Under the pieces are notes generated by a model. It made no database searches. It was not told the DNA's origin and saw nothing but the letters and a program-made list of their open reading frames with translations. The position numbers were made by a program, and so were the translations under genes. A stretch of 63,983 nt of DNA, counting the filler, from Asterionella formosa (lineage: Eukaryota): assembly GCA_002256025.1 (NCBI GenBank). It is 22 parts of 22 records of this genome, joined end to end, with 100 filler letters (N's around TTAATTAATTAA, not from the genome) between each part and the next. Parts side by side here need not be neighbours in the genome. Positions count along the whole stretch, not along the records: positions 47,426 to 48,607 come from NKIB01003837.1; positions 48,708 to 49,885 come from NKIB01003838.1; positions 49,986 to 51,167 come from NKIB01003839.1; positions 51,268 to 52,450 come from NKIB01003840.1; positions 52,551 to 53,731 come from NKIB01003841.1; positions 53,832 to 55,012 come from NKIB01003842.1; positions 55,113 to 56,293 come from NKIB01003843.1; positions 56,394 to 57,574 come from NKIB01003844.1; 14 more parts are not named here. The stretch is one strand, 5' to 3'. Positions 47,709 to 58,024 of this stretch are shown piece after piece (position 1 is the first letter of the stretch; each line of letters starts with the position of its first letter).

Positions 47709-47720
47709 GGTTATGAGCCC
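47709..47720 (+). promoter_or_regulatory. Primer-binding site complementary to the initiator tRNA-Met anticodon arm (half-tRNA priming)
   Basis: GGTTATGAGCCC, 110 bp upstream of gag, as in Ty5/copia-type hemiviruses. Confidence 0.75.
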
Positions 47721-47830
47721 AATTGCGCTTATTTTCTGTGAAATAAAAGCAACCTCTACAAGTTTAAAACAATCTCAGTCACTTTCCTTTCTATTACTCA
47801 AGGAAATCTTCTTTATAGTCCTTCCTCATC

Positions 47831-48607
47831 ATGTCTGGCAATATTCCTGATCCTCTCCCTTATTCCATGACCATCGACAAACCTATTATGGGAGGACTCA
47901 CCATTTGTCCAACCGAAATTGTTGCATGGACTGGAGGTCAACCTAACATAGATTGGACTGGATTGACCAACGTCAAAGCCATCAAGCGTTCTCCCAACTG
48001 CTCTCGTCCAACTAAGTCCAGTGATCAGTCAAGGAACTGGAACTACCGCACAGCTCCACCTCTCATTCTGTTTAAAAAGGATGGCAAGGACCTAGACCTA
48101 TACTCCTATGGTGTTAAGGTTTTGGCACATCTTGAACTCACAGGTATGGACTCCATCATGTATGTCAAGAGTCTCAGTGATGGCACCAATATGGTCAATG
48201 TCATAAAGGACTTTGAGCAGGTCACCCTTTCCCATGTCCTTGACGAATCTGAGTACTACAAGAACAAATTTGATTCATATGACCAGGACAATGACACAAC
48301 TGCTCGCTTGTATCTTGAATCCACACTTGATCCCTCACTCCTCAAGGAACTTGACCTCCGTCAGGAACCAGGTGACTCTGCTGCCGTTACCTGGATGCGC
48401 ATCCTTCGCCTGGTTAGCAGTGGATCTGTTGAGCGATTCAACCGAAAGAAAGATGAACTCAAGCAACTGTCTCCAATTAAGGAACCTGGTGAAAGTGTCT
48501 CACTTTATGCCAACAAGATCCGCAGAATTTGCCGTGAACTTGAAAATGCCCATCAGTTTGAATGGGTGTTAGTGTTGGCAATCATTAAGGCACTCTGTCA
48601 GGTTTCA
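47831..48607 (+). CDS. CoDi-like Ty1/copia gag (5' part, truncated)
   Basis: Same protein as 41014-41790. Confidence 0.85.
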
Positions 48608-48707
48608 NNNNNNNNNNNNNNNNNNNNNNNNNNNNNNNNNNNNNNNNNNNNTTAATTAATTAANNNNNNNNNNNNNNNNNNNNNNNNNNNNNNNNNNNNN
48701 NNNNNNN

Positions 48708-49885
48708 ACCCTGATGAATGGTTCATTAAACTCGACATGATTCGCAACAGAATGACGCAAATCAATAGCTCTTTTCAGAAACAAGACATTGAAGTCATTG
48801 CCCACATAATTGACAAGCTTCCTTCTGAGTATAGCGAGGTGATCACAGTTGTGGAAGGAATGACGGCAATCACTCTAACAGAACTGAAGAACAAAATCCG
48901 GGCTTTCTACAAGCGCAAGTTCAAAACTGAAAAGTCATCTAACGAGATAGCCCTATTTGCAGGAGGAAAGTTCAAAGGTCTTTGTCGCAACTGCGGAAAG
49001 CAAGGACACAAATCGGCGGATTGTCGCTCTAAAGGATCAAAAGCGGATGGAGAGAAGACCGGAAAAGGCATAAAGTGTTCAATTGCAACAAATTCGCTGG
49101 TCACATCGCCAAGGACTGCCCTGATGAGAAGAAGAAGAAGACTGCTGACAAGAAGGAGACGTCGTTTTTTGTCGGTTGTGCTGTCGAAGCTGAAGAAGAA
49201 GAGGAAGAGATCCATCGTTTCGGATTTATTTCTGATAATAATAATAATAATAATTTTGAATATTGTGCATCATGTGGAGGAGAAGAACGATGGTTGGCCG
49301 ACACTGGAGCTACCAGTCATATCACATCCAGTGAACTTGGTATGACAAACGTTGAAAAAGTCAAGGTGCGCGTGATTGTTGGTGATGGAAAGGAAGTGCT
49401 ATGCACAAAACGAGGTGACGTTTTGGTGACATCAAGCAATGGAAAGACCCTACATTTAAAAAAGGTCCTATATACTCCGCTTTTCCACAAGAATATTGTG
49501 AGTATCGGAGTCTTCGTACAGAAATCAGACTACGAAGTCAGTATCAAAGGACAGACACTCAGTCTAAGCAAGACGAATGAACTCGAGAACATTGAATTTA
49601 AATCAGAAGGCAAAGAGCTCCTGTACTACTTTGAAGGCACACGTGACCTTGGTACAATTGAAACCGTCATGACTAGTACAACTACCACGCAACCACCAGT
49701 TATCATACCTACTAAGCAAATCAAAATTGACATCAACGAGGCACATGATAAATTCGGTCACATTGGTGAGGTGGCACTACGAGCTACATTGAAGACACTG
49801 AATATCGAAGTCACAGGCAGTCTCACACCTTGTGAAGGGTGCGCATTTGCCAAAGCTAAGGCCAAAGCAGTACCAAAGTTCTCTA
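48708..49885 (+). pseudogene. Ty1/copia gag-protease-pre-integrase fragment with a 1-bp frameshift near 49078
   Basis: LPSEYSEVI, zinc knuckles CRNCGKQGHKSADC and C/FNCNKFAGHIAKDC, protease WLADTGATSH, and AHDKFGH…CEGCAFAK. Confidence 0.9.
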
Positions 49886-49985
49886 NNNNNNNNNNNNNNN
49901 NNNNNNNNNNNNNNNNNNNNNNNNNNNNNTTAATTAATTAANNNNNNNNNNNNNNNNNNNNNNNNNNNNNNNNNNNNNNNNNNNN

Positions 49986-50483
49986 ATAGCAGCAGCATCA
50001 TGATCTACTAAACTATCAAGGAATAAACCATTATCATAGTCATCGGCATCAAAACAAACTGTTTGAACGAAATCAATTGAACTTTCAAATGAATTATTTG
50101 AAACATCAACTAATTCAGTCTCGCATTCAAAATTCATTGTGAAAACTTCACATGAAACAGTTAAAACTTCACATGAAACCGTTAAAAGTAACCTTTTTTA
50201 CGTGAAGAGTGGCATTAATGCATGTGAAGTACCACATAATTAACACTCGTGCGTAGACGAAATTTCGAAAAGTCAAATGAATTATTTGAAACATCAACTC
50301 ATTCAGTCTCGTGTTCAAAATTCATTGTGAAAACTTCACATGAAACAGTTAAAACTTCACATGAAACCGTTAAAAGTAATCTTTTTTACGTGAAGAGTGG
50401 CATTAATGCATGTGAAGTACCACATAATTAACACTCATACGTAGACAAAATTTCGAAAAGTGGCGTATTTTGAGGCTTAGATG
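49986..50483 (+). mobile_element. End of CATCTAAG-family transposon (counterpart of 46828-47325)
   Basis: 188-bp units anchored at 50091 and 50279; terminus cttagatg|ta. Confidence 0.75.
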
Positions 50484-50674
50484 TAGTATTGCACAAAATA
50501 AACATTCTGACCAAAAATTGGAAGGACCATCATAATGTGGCTTCTTATTAGATAAAAAATAAAAATATATAATTGCCAAGAGTTCATACCCGCAAATACT
50601 TGTTAGTCCACCAATCCACCAGCTGCAAGATAAAAAATTGTATGCATGTTCACAAATCATCCAAGCTAAGGTGA

Positions 50675-51167
50675 CTAACCAGCACAAGTCGAGCTTTTTT
50701 TACAGGAACTGCTGCAGTTGCAAATCAGTGGTGGGCAAACAGCTATTCCTTCTGAAGGTGCAATACTACATGCTTCTGTTGGAACTGTGCCTGTAAAATT
50801 GTTCATTCCAAGAGATAATACAGCTGCCAAGAAAGTGAAATATTAGCACAATCATTCAAGAAATATAAATTTAGGCTCAAATAACTCACTCAATGCAGAC
50901 ATGAGACCAATTTCTGAGGGAATTATACCAGTAAACTTATTTTTCCCAATATAAAACTCTATGGCATTTGTTAAATGGCCAATTTCTGATGGAAGTGCAC
51001 CAGTCAACTGGTTTTTGTCTACATAGAAAGTTGTTAGAACTGTCAAATATCCAATCTCTGTAGGAAGTGTGCCATTGAAATCATTGGAATTTGCTTCAAA
51101 ATCTGTGAGAATTGTCAAATATCCAATCTCTGTAGGAATAGTACCAGTGAAGTTATTATAGCTGACA
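50675..51167 (-). CDS. 3' end of LRR protein, allele or recent duplicate of 46144-46636; intron at 50824-50889
   Basis: Reverse complement of the other copy, with an E/K substitution (VDEN vs VDKN) and one intronic SNP. Confidence 0.88.
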
Positions 51168-51426
51168 NNNNNNNNNNNNNNNNNNNNNNNNNNNNNNNNN
51201 NNNNNNNNNNNTTAATTAATTAANNNNNNNNNNNNNNNNNNNNNNNNNNNNNNNNNNNNNNNNNNNNTTGTCAATAACTTCATCAATATTGGAGCAATCC
51301 ATACCTAAGAACCACTCAACTCATTGGAAGATAGTACCGAATAAGATGGTATTCCGTTGATTCACAATGGATCAATGCTACTCATCATTTACATGTCACA
51401 GCCCGGATTTTTTCACCTACACCCTA

Positions 51427-52450
51427 CATCTAAGACGCCGTTTACGGCACTTTTTCGAATTTATGTCTAAAGTGACGTATTTATGCTAATTTTTTTAAAA
51501 TATTATGTTACTTTTCTAAAATATTATGTTACTTTTTTGAAATATTATGCTACTTTTTCCCTAATTTATTCGGGTTAAACAAAATTTTTTTTCACTTATC
51601 GAATAATTATGTGATCACGCCAATAATTATGTGTGTTCGTGACAATATATGTTGACCAACTAGCCATCGCAACAGTTTAAAAGCGAAATTATGCTGTTCT
51701 GCCGCAATATTATGCTGCTTTCACCATATAATGAACGAAAGAGTCGCCAATTCCGATTCACTTATTATTTTTTCCGCTCTGACATATTTCTTTGATCTGA
51801 ACTGGCAAAGAATAACACATGCAAGAGGAAGATTCACACAGTAGAATTCAGCACACGTAGTAGTAGTTGATGTTGTAGACACATTATTAAGTCATTGTTG
51901 ATTGTAGAGATTACAATAGCCTGCAGATTGGAAATGAAGCACCGTTGGTACTCGTTGAGCATCGTTGAGCATTGCATGTCTCCGTAGTGAATCGAAATTG
52001 AGATGTGCCACAATGGCCTTCTCCGTTTCGGAGCAGCTACAAATAGTCAACAGCGATAACTCTAGCAAGTACAATATAGAAAAAGAAGCAGAGGATGAGT
52101 AGCTGACAACCATTGAATTCGTAAAATCGTTAAGAAACAGCTGTTGCATATTTTAACATTGCATGTCGCCGTAGTGACTCTAAATTTAGATGTGCCTCAA
52201 TGGCCTTCTCCGTTTCGGAGCAGCTACAAATAGTCTGCAGCGATAACTCTAGCAAGTACAATATAGAAAAAGAAGGAAAGGATGAGTAGCTGACAACCAT
52301 TGAATTCGTAAATTCGTTAAGAAACAGCTGTTGCATATTTTAAATATTCAATGCATGTCGCCGTAGTGAGTCGAAATTGAGATGTGCCGCGATGGCTGTC
52401 TCCTTCTCGGAGCGGCTACAAATATTCTACAGCGATAACTCTAACAAGTA
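51427..52450 (+). mobile_element. Other end (or relative) of the CATCTAAG-family transposon, with 21-bp and ~187-bp tandem repeats
   Basis: ta|CATCTAAGACGCcgtttacggcactttttcgaattt aligns with the other termini. Three aatattatgttactttt-type units at ~51497-51558; long units start at 51970, 52157 and 52349. Confidence 0.65.
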
Positions 52451-52550
52451 NNNNNNNNNNNNNNNNNNNNNNNNNNNNNNNNNNNNNNNNNNNNTTAATT
52501 AATTAANNNNNNNNNNNNNNNNNNNNNNNNNNNNNNNNNNNNNNNNNNNN

Positions 52551-53325
52551 TGGTCACGCGATCCTTGGCTCCCTTCCCTGCCCGGATCACCACCTGCCCG
52601 CGTTCACGATCCACATCTTTCACTCTCAGGCTCACCAGTTCCTTCAGCCTCAGCCCCGCCCCATACTGCAGTTCCGCCACCAGACGATTCTTCGGGTCCA
52701 GCTGATCCAACAAGGCCAACACCTCCCGGACACTCATCACCACAGGCACCCGCCGCTCTGTCTTCCGCAGTCGCACATCAAATACGACTTCTTCCCGCCC
52801 ACACACATCCCGGAAAAAGAACGCCAGTGCGTTCAATGCCTGCTTCTGAGTCGCGTAGGAAACCTTGCTCCGATCCACCAACTCCATCAGCCACTCACTG
52901 CCCCGCTCCACGTTCATTGCCTCCTGGGCCGATCCCACCCACTCGCCATAACGCGCGACCCACCCGGAATACGTCTGTCTCGTCCGCAGGGCCAGCCCAC
53001 GCCGCGCACCGGCCTGCATCACAGCGCGATGTAGCCTCTCTCCCAGGCTCTGCGGCTCCCTTCCATCCGCCACACAGGCCGACAGCCACTTTGCCTGCCA
53101 GCGCATCGCCTCCGCCCATCGGTCAAGCTGCCAGGGCTTTCGCTCCTTGGACTTCACCGCCTCCTTCCAGAAACGCACCGCTGCCTCCCGATTCAATTCG
53201 ATCCCCAGCTTGAGTCGCCACGACTCGAACCACGCCAGCACAAATCCGAAATGCTGCTTCTCCACCTCCGTGAGGTTCCTTGAAGCTTCCAAATCATGTC
53301 TCCAGTCGGCTGCTTTCGAAGTCAT
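52551..53325 (-). CDS. intI: Bacterial integron integrase (tyrosine recombinase) with a long N-terminal extension; 3' end truncated by contig end
   Basis: RRGLALRTRQTYSGWVARY (SAM-like domain), VSYATQKQALNALAFFF, PVVMSVREV and LQYGAGLRLKELVSLRVKDVD…IRAGKGAKDRVT. GC-rich contig with no introns. The IntI-specific insertion patch lies beyond the truncation. Confidence 0.88.
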
Positions 53326-53333
53326 TTGAACAC

Positions 53334-53347
53334 TGTTCTTAAAAACA
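53334..53347. promoter_or_regulatory. Candidate Verrucomicrobia-type LexA (SOS) box
   Basis: TGTTC-TTAA-AAACA, one mismatch to TGTTC-N4-GAACA, 9-22 bp upstream of the intI ATG. Confidence 0.65.
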
Positions 53348-53593
53348 CTTACAAAGGGCAAGGAAAAATTGATCCTTTGGAGCGCCAAGTCATCAAGAAT
53401 CTGTGATAATCTCTCATGGTTTGAGAAACGAACTCGCGCAGCACCGATCCTCCGAAACGGCCCAAAATCTCTAACCTCCAAAAGTCATCAAGCATCTGTT
53501 ACTTTCTCCGCAAATCGCTTGCCCTCAGGAATCTACACTCCAGAAATCAAAAATCTCCTCGCCAAATTTCTGATATTCTGGGAGCCTCCTGCA

Positions 53594-53614
53594 GAACTAA
53601 TTCTACTGTTGGGC
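53594..53614 (+). other. Candidate attI recombination site (core GTTGGGC = GTTRRRY at 53608-53614)
   Basis: gaactaattctact-GTTGGGC lies ~280 bp upstream of and divergent from intI, and is followed by an ATG at 53623. Confidence 0.6.
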
Positions 53615-53633
53615 CAAAAAATATGAACAATAG

Positions 53634-53731
53634 GGTTCTTCCCGCGATTTAGTGGGTGGCCTCCGGTCGCAGGTCCAGGCGACCGCAGTAGAAGAGGATT
53701 CGGGTGCGATAGTTCGCGAACTTCCTGAAGC
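53634..53731 (-). mobile_element. ISL3-family insertion sequence, right end (transposase C-terminus + inverted repeat)
   Basis: The minus strand encodes (G)FRKFANYRTRILFYCGRLDLRPEATH* (stop at 53649), the ISL3 GFR.F.NYR.RILF.CG.LDL tail. The terminus GGTTCTTCCC… at 53634 is ISL3-like. Confidence 0.85.
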
Positions 53732-53831
53732 NNNNNNNNNNNNNNNNNNNNNNNNNNNNNNNNNNNNNNNNNNNNTTAATTAATTAANNNNNNNNNNNNN
53801 NNNNNNNNNNNNNNNNNNNNNNNNNNNNNNN

Positions 53832-54072
53832 TAGGATCATAAGTTCCCATGAGTGCATTGACCTTGTACTTGAATCGATCAGTCAAGTCAGAACCTCCGT
53901 CATTTATGGTAATTTTGGTGGTCTTTGTTATGGCTTCTTGTTGCTGCTGCAGCTCGTCGTCTTCATTAATTGCGTACAATGGTGATTGTATTCGATGTCC
54001 ATTGCCCAGCCGAACTACTATGTACGCGTCAGTGATGGAGGGCACTAGTAATAGTAAGGCGACAATGAACAT
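53832..54072 (-). CDS. 5' end of a plastid-targeted hypothetical protein (possibly DUF493/YbeD-like further downstream)
   Basis: Signal peptide ending TDA-Y, a transit-like stretch, then DGGSDLTDRFKYKVNALMGTYDP; open to the contig end. The domain guess is tentative. Confidence 0.65.
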
Positions 54073-56005
54073 TTTTGGGGTCGGTTGATGGGGTGAGTGT
54101 CGTATACCATTATATTTATGTTGGCTGTTCCACTTGCAGCAAAGCTCTTCTCCCCGTGGACCAACACACGACCTTCCTGCAATACTTTTTGATGAGTGTA
54201 TTACTTACATACGGACGCCGGTACTCCGAAGATACCATATTTTTCTTTTTGTTTGTGCTTTGTTATTTCGCATGTCCCGGTAATTAATAATACTCCGGTA
54301 GACTGTACCAGGGTAGACTGTATGGCATGGTACGTATGGTAAGGGAGAATACCAATAGTATAGTTCCTGGTACCTGGTACCCCTGGTACCAGGTACTACC
54401 GGTAGGTACATGTAGACTCACACCTGGTACTGTACGGGTACCATGGTACCATGGTACCTGGTAGACTCATTACGATAATTAAACATATTTATTTATGCCA
54501 ATATCAGTATTCAGTCTACGTAGATTCTAGATGCGAGGAGCCGAGGCCATGCGTGCCTGTAAGATATCGTATACCGGTATATAGGTACGTATTATTCTTT
54601 TTCCTTTGTTGTATACCACCACATGCATACCGGTATACCGGTATATAGTACCAGGTAGTGCCGGTACGGGGTCATGGTACAAGTACCATCGCTCCCATTA
54701 AATTATATGTACCAGGTACCTGATATGCATTACTGGGAATCGCTCAGCTTTTGTTCGACCATTAGCTAATACGGCGACTACTAATGCCACCGGTAGCCAT
54801 CCCCCGCAAGAGAAAGCAATGAGCAACCGTCCCTTCCAACTGACTTCGCCATGATAACAATAGCAAAAGCAGCCTCTCTTTGCTCCGAGTGGACAGGCAG
54901 TTCCCCAGAGCAATGGTCCCATAGTCTCTTTGGCCCGACGACGCTCCATCTGAAGCATGAGTTCTATTTGTGGCTGTCGTTGTCGATGTTGTCCGTCGCG
55001 AGTTTGCAAGCGNNNNNNNNNNNNNNNNNNNNNNNNNNNNNNNNNNNNNNNNNNNNTTAATTAATTAANNNNNNNNNNNNNNNNNNNNNNNNNNNNNNNN
55101 NNNNNNNNNNNNAATCCTCATTGCAATGGAGGTGAAATCAATCAAGTTTTCGATGAAATTAAAAATCAATTTCAGCAAAGGCAAGAGCAATTGGCAGCAA
55201 GCCCGCCAACTTATTCCCAACTTTCAAAGACAAGATTGTTTCAATTCCCATGGGGATGGAGGTGAAATCAATTCATTTTTTGATGACATTGAAAATCAAT
55301 ATCAACAGCTGCAAGAGAAATCGGCAGCAAATCCAAATGTATTGCAGCTTGTAGATGGAGATGATGAGGTACCAGCAGAGATATTCAGTGGACTATGTTT
55401 TGTCTGGAAAATAAGTTCCATGCTGCTGCAGACACCATTGTACAAAGGATGCTACAGTAACAAAGAAGGTCTGTGGTGAACACAACATCTTCATATACAA
55501 GCGCAGCAAATCTATTTTAGTTTAAGGCAGTGTTGACAATGTAGTGACATAAAAGCTAACAAACAAATGTATAGAATGATATAATGTTCTCTGTTTCTTC
55601 ATTTCGCCTTATAGTCATCAATCAGTGCAGACATTGTACATGAATTGATAGTGGCTGCAACCACTAAGATTTTACTGCAGGTGGATTGTGAACAAGAAGA
55701 CATGATCAAAACAAAACTGGAAGCAGATGAGGATTGATGATACCTTTAGGATGATTGATGTGTGTATGTATATGCATACTGACACCATTTTTGGTAAGAG
55801 CAAGCCATTTCGGTTATGAGCAAGCAAGTCTTGAAATATTACGGGAAATCATGTGTAGTCATTCATGCCTAAATATCTACTTATATAATAGACTGTTATT
55901 TATAACTGTAAAAAATTTGGTCAACACAAACACACCAGGTTTACCAAATTTGGTCAACACAAACACAATTTTGGGGTTATGGGTACAACGATTTGTGTTA
56001 TAATG

Positions 56006-56043
56006 CACATGATATAATAATTTTTTAATATCAGAGCGTGCCC
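56006..56043. repeat. Harbinger-family TIR (same family as 25244-26925)
   Basis: cacatgatataataattttttaatatcagagcgtgccc followed by agt. Confidence 0.7.
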
Positions 56044-56393
56044 AGTAACAACTATGGGTGGTACTAGCAGGTATAAATATGGTTTTTAAGTATTCTAGAA
56101 ACAGAAAAACCTGACCTCGTTTTTAATTTTTGGAGCGTTTTTGGAAGAATCATTTCCTTTAGGGAATGCTTTGGCTGGTGGAAATAACAAACCCACTGGC
56201 GATTTTTGTTCAAAAATGTGAATGGGAGTAAATGACTAAAGGAATTTTGTTTCAGAGAAGATGAATGGAAGCAATCATACGCAACAATCAACANNNNNNN
56301 NNNNNNNNNNNNNNNNNNNNNNNNNNNNNNNNNNNNNTTAATTAATTAANNNNNNNNNNNNNNNNNNNNNNNNNNNNNNNNNNNNNNNNNNNN

Positions 56394-57120
56394 ATCTTGT
56401 CAGCATGATCCTCCATGAAAAGACCAAGGGCATAGCAGCTGAGATTGTTGCTACTGACAAAAAGGCGAAGAAAAGTCTTCGTCATGCCTTGGCCAAGATT
56501 GGAGAACGCATGGCGCTACTTGGCACATTAACTCAGACGGGTGATGATGGTCAAAATAGCACTCCAAATCGGCAAATCAAGAAACTAAAGTCAAAAATCA
56601 AAGCATTGAAAAGAAAGGATTCCGAGAAAGGAAGAGGGATAGGCGATAAGAAACAACAGAGCGAGAACAATTATATTCCAGATAATGTAATTGAGGCAGT
56701 GAAGAAAGCTGGAGGGAAATTCGGGAGCAAATATGTGAGCTATCTGCTCAGGGGTCGAAATAAAGAGGAAGGCCGTGTTGTTAAATCGGTATCGAGTGAA
56801 GGACATGACAATGAGCGAGCCGATTCTGAAGATGATGCGACTGAAGGTCCCAGCCACATGCCAAGTGATGCTGCTTCCGCATCATTCGGCCGCGACTCTC
56901 GGAATAGGCATTCTGAGAACCCAACCAAAAAGCAAAAGGTCAGCTCAACAAGCAGCACCCGTAGGGAGCTCGCTGGTGTGGTGACTCACTGTAAAGTGGG
57001 CTACAAGGTTGGAAAGGCACTAGTCATACAGCATCCTAATGACTTTAAGGTCACAGCTCGTCTGGAAGTGGATTCCAGAGCCGACACATGTTGTTTTGGG
57101 AAAACATTCCGCCTACTAGC
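56394..57120 (+). mobile_element. CoDi-like Copia gag C-terminus and start of protease
   Basis: Basic low-complexity gag region, then ARLEVDSRADTCCFG (aspartic protease motif of diatom Copia). Confidence 0.75.
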
Positions 57121-57574
57121 TGGCAAAATGATAAAACGGCACCCCAGTGAGTATTTTCGTTAGACCATCAGAGCAGTTAGCCTTACCAGGTTCATGTGCA
57201 ACACGCGCTGATCCGCATGCACAAGCCTCACGACACTTGTGATAAGCAATCGCATTATGCCTTTTATTTAACGTTGACTCAGGCCTAGTCACATTCTTTA
57301 CCACACTTGCGTTGTCTCCAAACACATTTGCGGCACCATCAATGGGCACTCCCATCATACGTAACTTGTATCTGAGGGCGTCATTCATTTCAATAGCAAT
57401 TTTCATCGCCACGAACTCACTCCCAAAAGTTGACGTTTCGACAGTATTTTGCCTTTTGGAATACCACCTCACAGCAGCACCATTTAAGAATATCAATACC
57501 CCTGTTGTCGATCTACGGGTAGCAAGGCAAGTTGCATGCGCAGCATCACAAAAGATGTTGATTTGTACCTCATT
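57116..57574 (-). mobile_element. Copia RNase H, inverted against the protease
   Basis: RSTTGVLIFLNGAAVRWYSKRQNTVETSTFGSEFVAMK…FGDNASVV…KRHNAIAYH…NCSDGLTK. Confidence 0.93.
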
Positions 57575-58024
57575 NNNNNNNNNNNNNNNNNNNNNNNNNN
57601 NNNNNNNNNNNNNNNNNNTTAATTAATTAANNNNNNNNNNNNNNNNNNNNNNNNNNNNNNNNNNNNNNNNNNNNTTTTTTTCACTGCCACATTGCAAATT
57701 GACAAAATGTATGAGGTATATATTCCAGATAGAACAGTGCCACAGATTAGATTGCCAATCAATTGAGGATATCTGCTGATCATCACACTGGTGGTCATAC
57801 ACAGCTAGTATGTGTTTAGGTTATTATTACACAGATGCATGATTTCATACAACTGTAGCTACATTATTTTTTCACTATTTTTCATTAGCTATATATTTAT
57901 TGTTTTCACTTCATTTCGGGTATATGTATATTAGACATATACACACACCCCTACAATAAAAGACTTGGTCCTCTATTTACTGTAATATAGTGCTATAGTA
58001 TATGTACTCGTGGTGACTCCATAT

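Noticed and set aside
41014..51167. Large inverted duplications (41014-42196 vs 47426-48607; 46144-47325 vs 49986-51167) as genome structure
   Set aside because: Each copy is a separate contig; order and orientation are arbitrary.
53326..53481. Longer intI start given by the ORF track (MEVRDFG…)
   Set aside because: It uses a non-ATG start and spans the lower-GC intergenic region containing the candidate LexA box. The ATG at 53325 is more plausible.
52551..53731. Horizontal transfer of an integron into the algal genome
   Set aside because: No physical linkage to eukaryotic sequence. Spacers on both sides, distinct composition and a bacterial IS favour a co-assembled bacterium.
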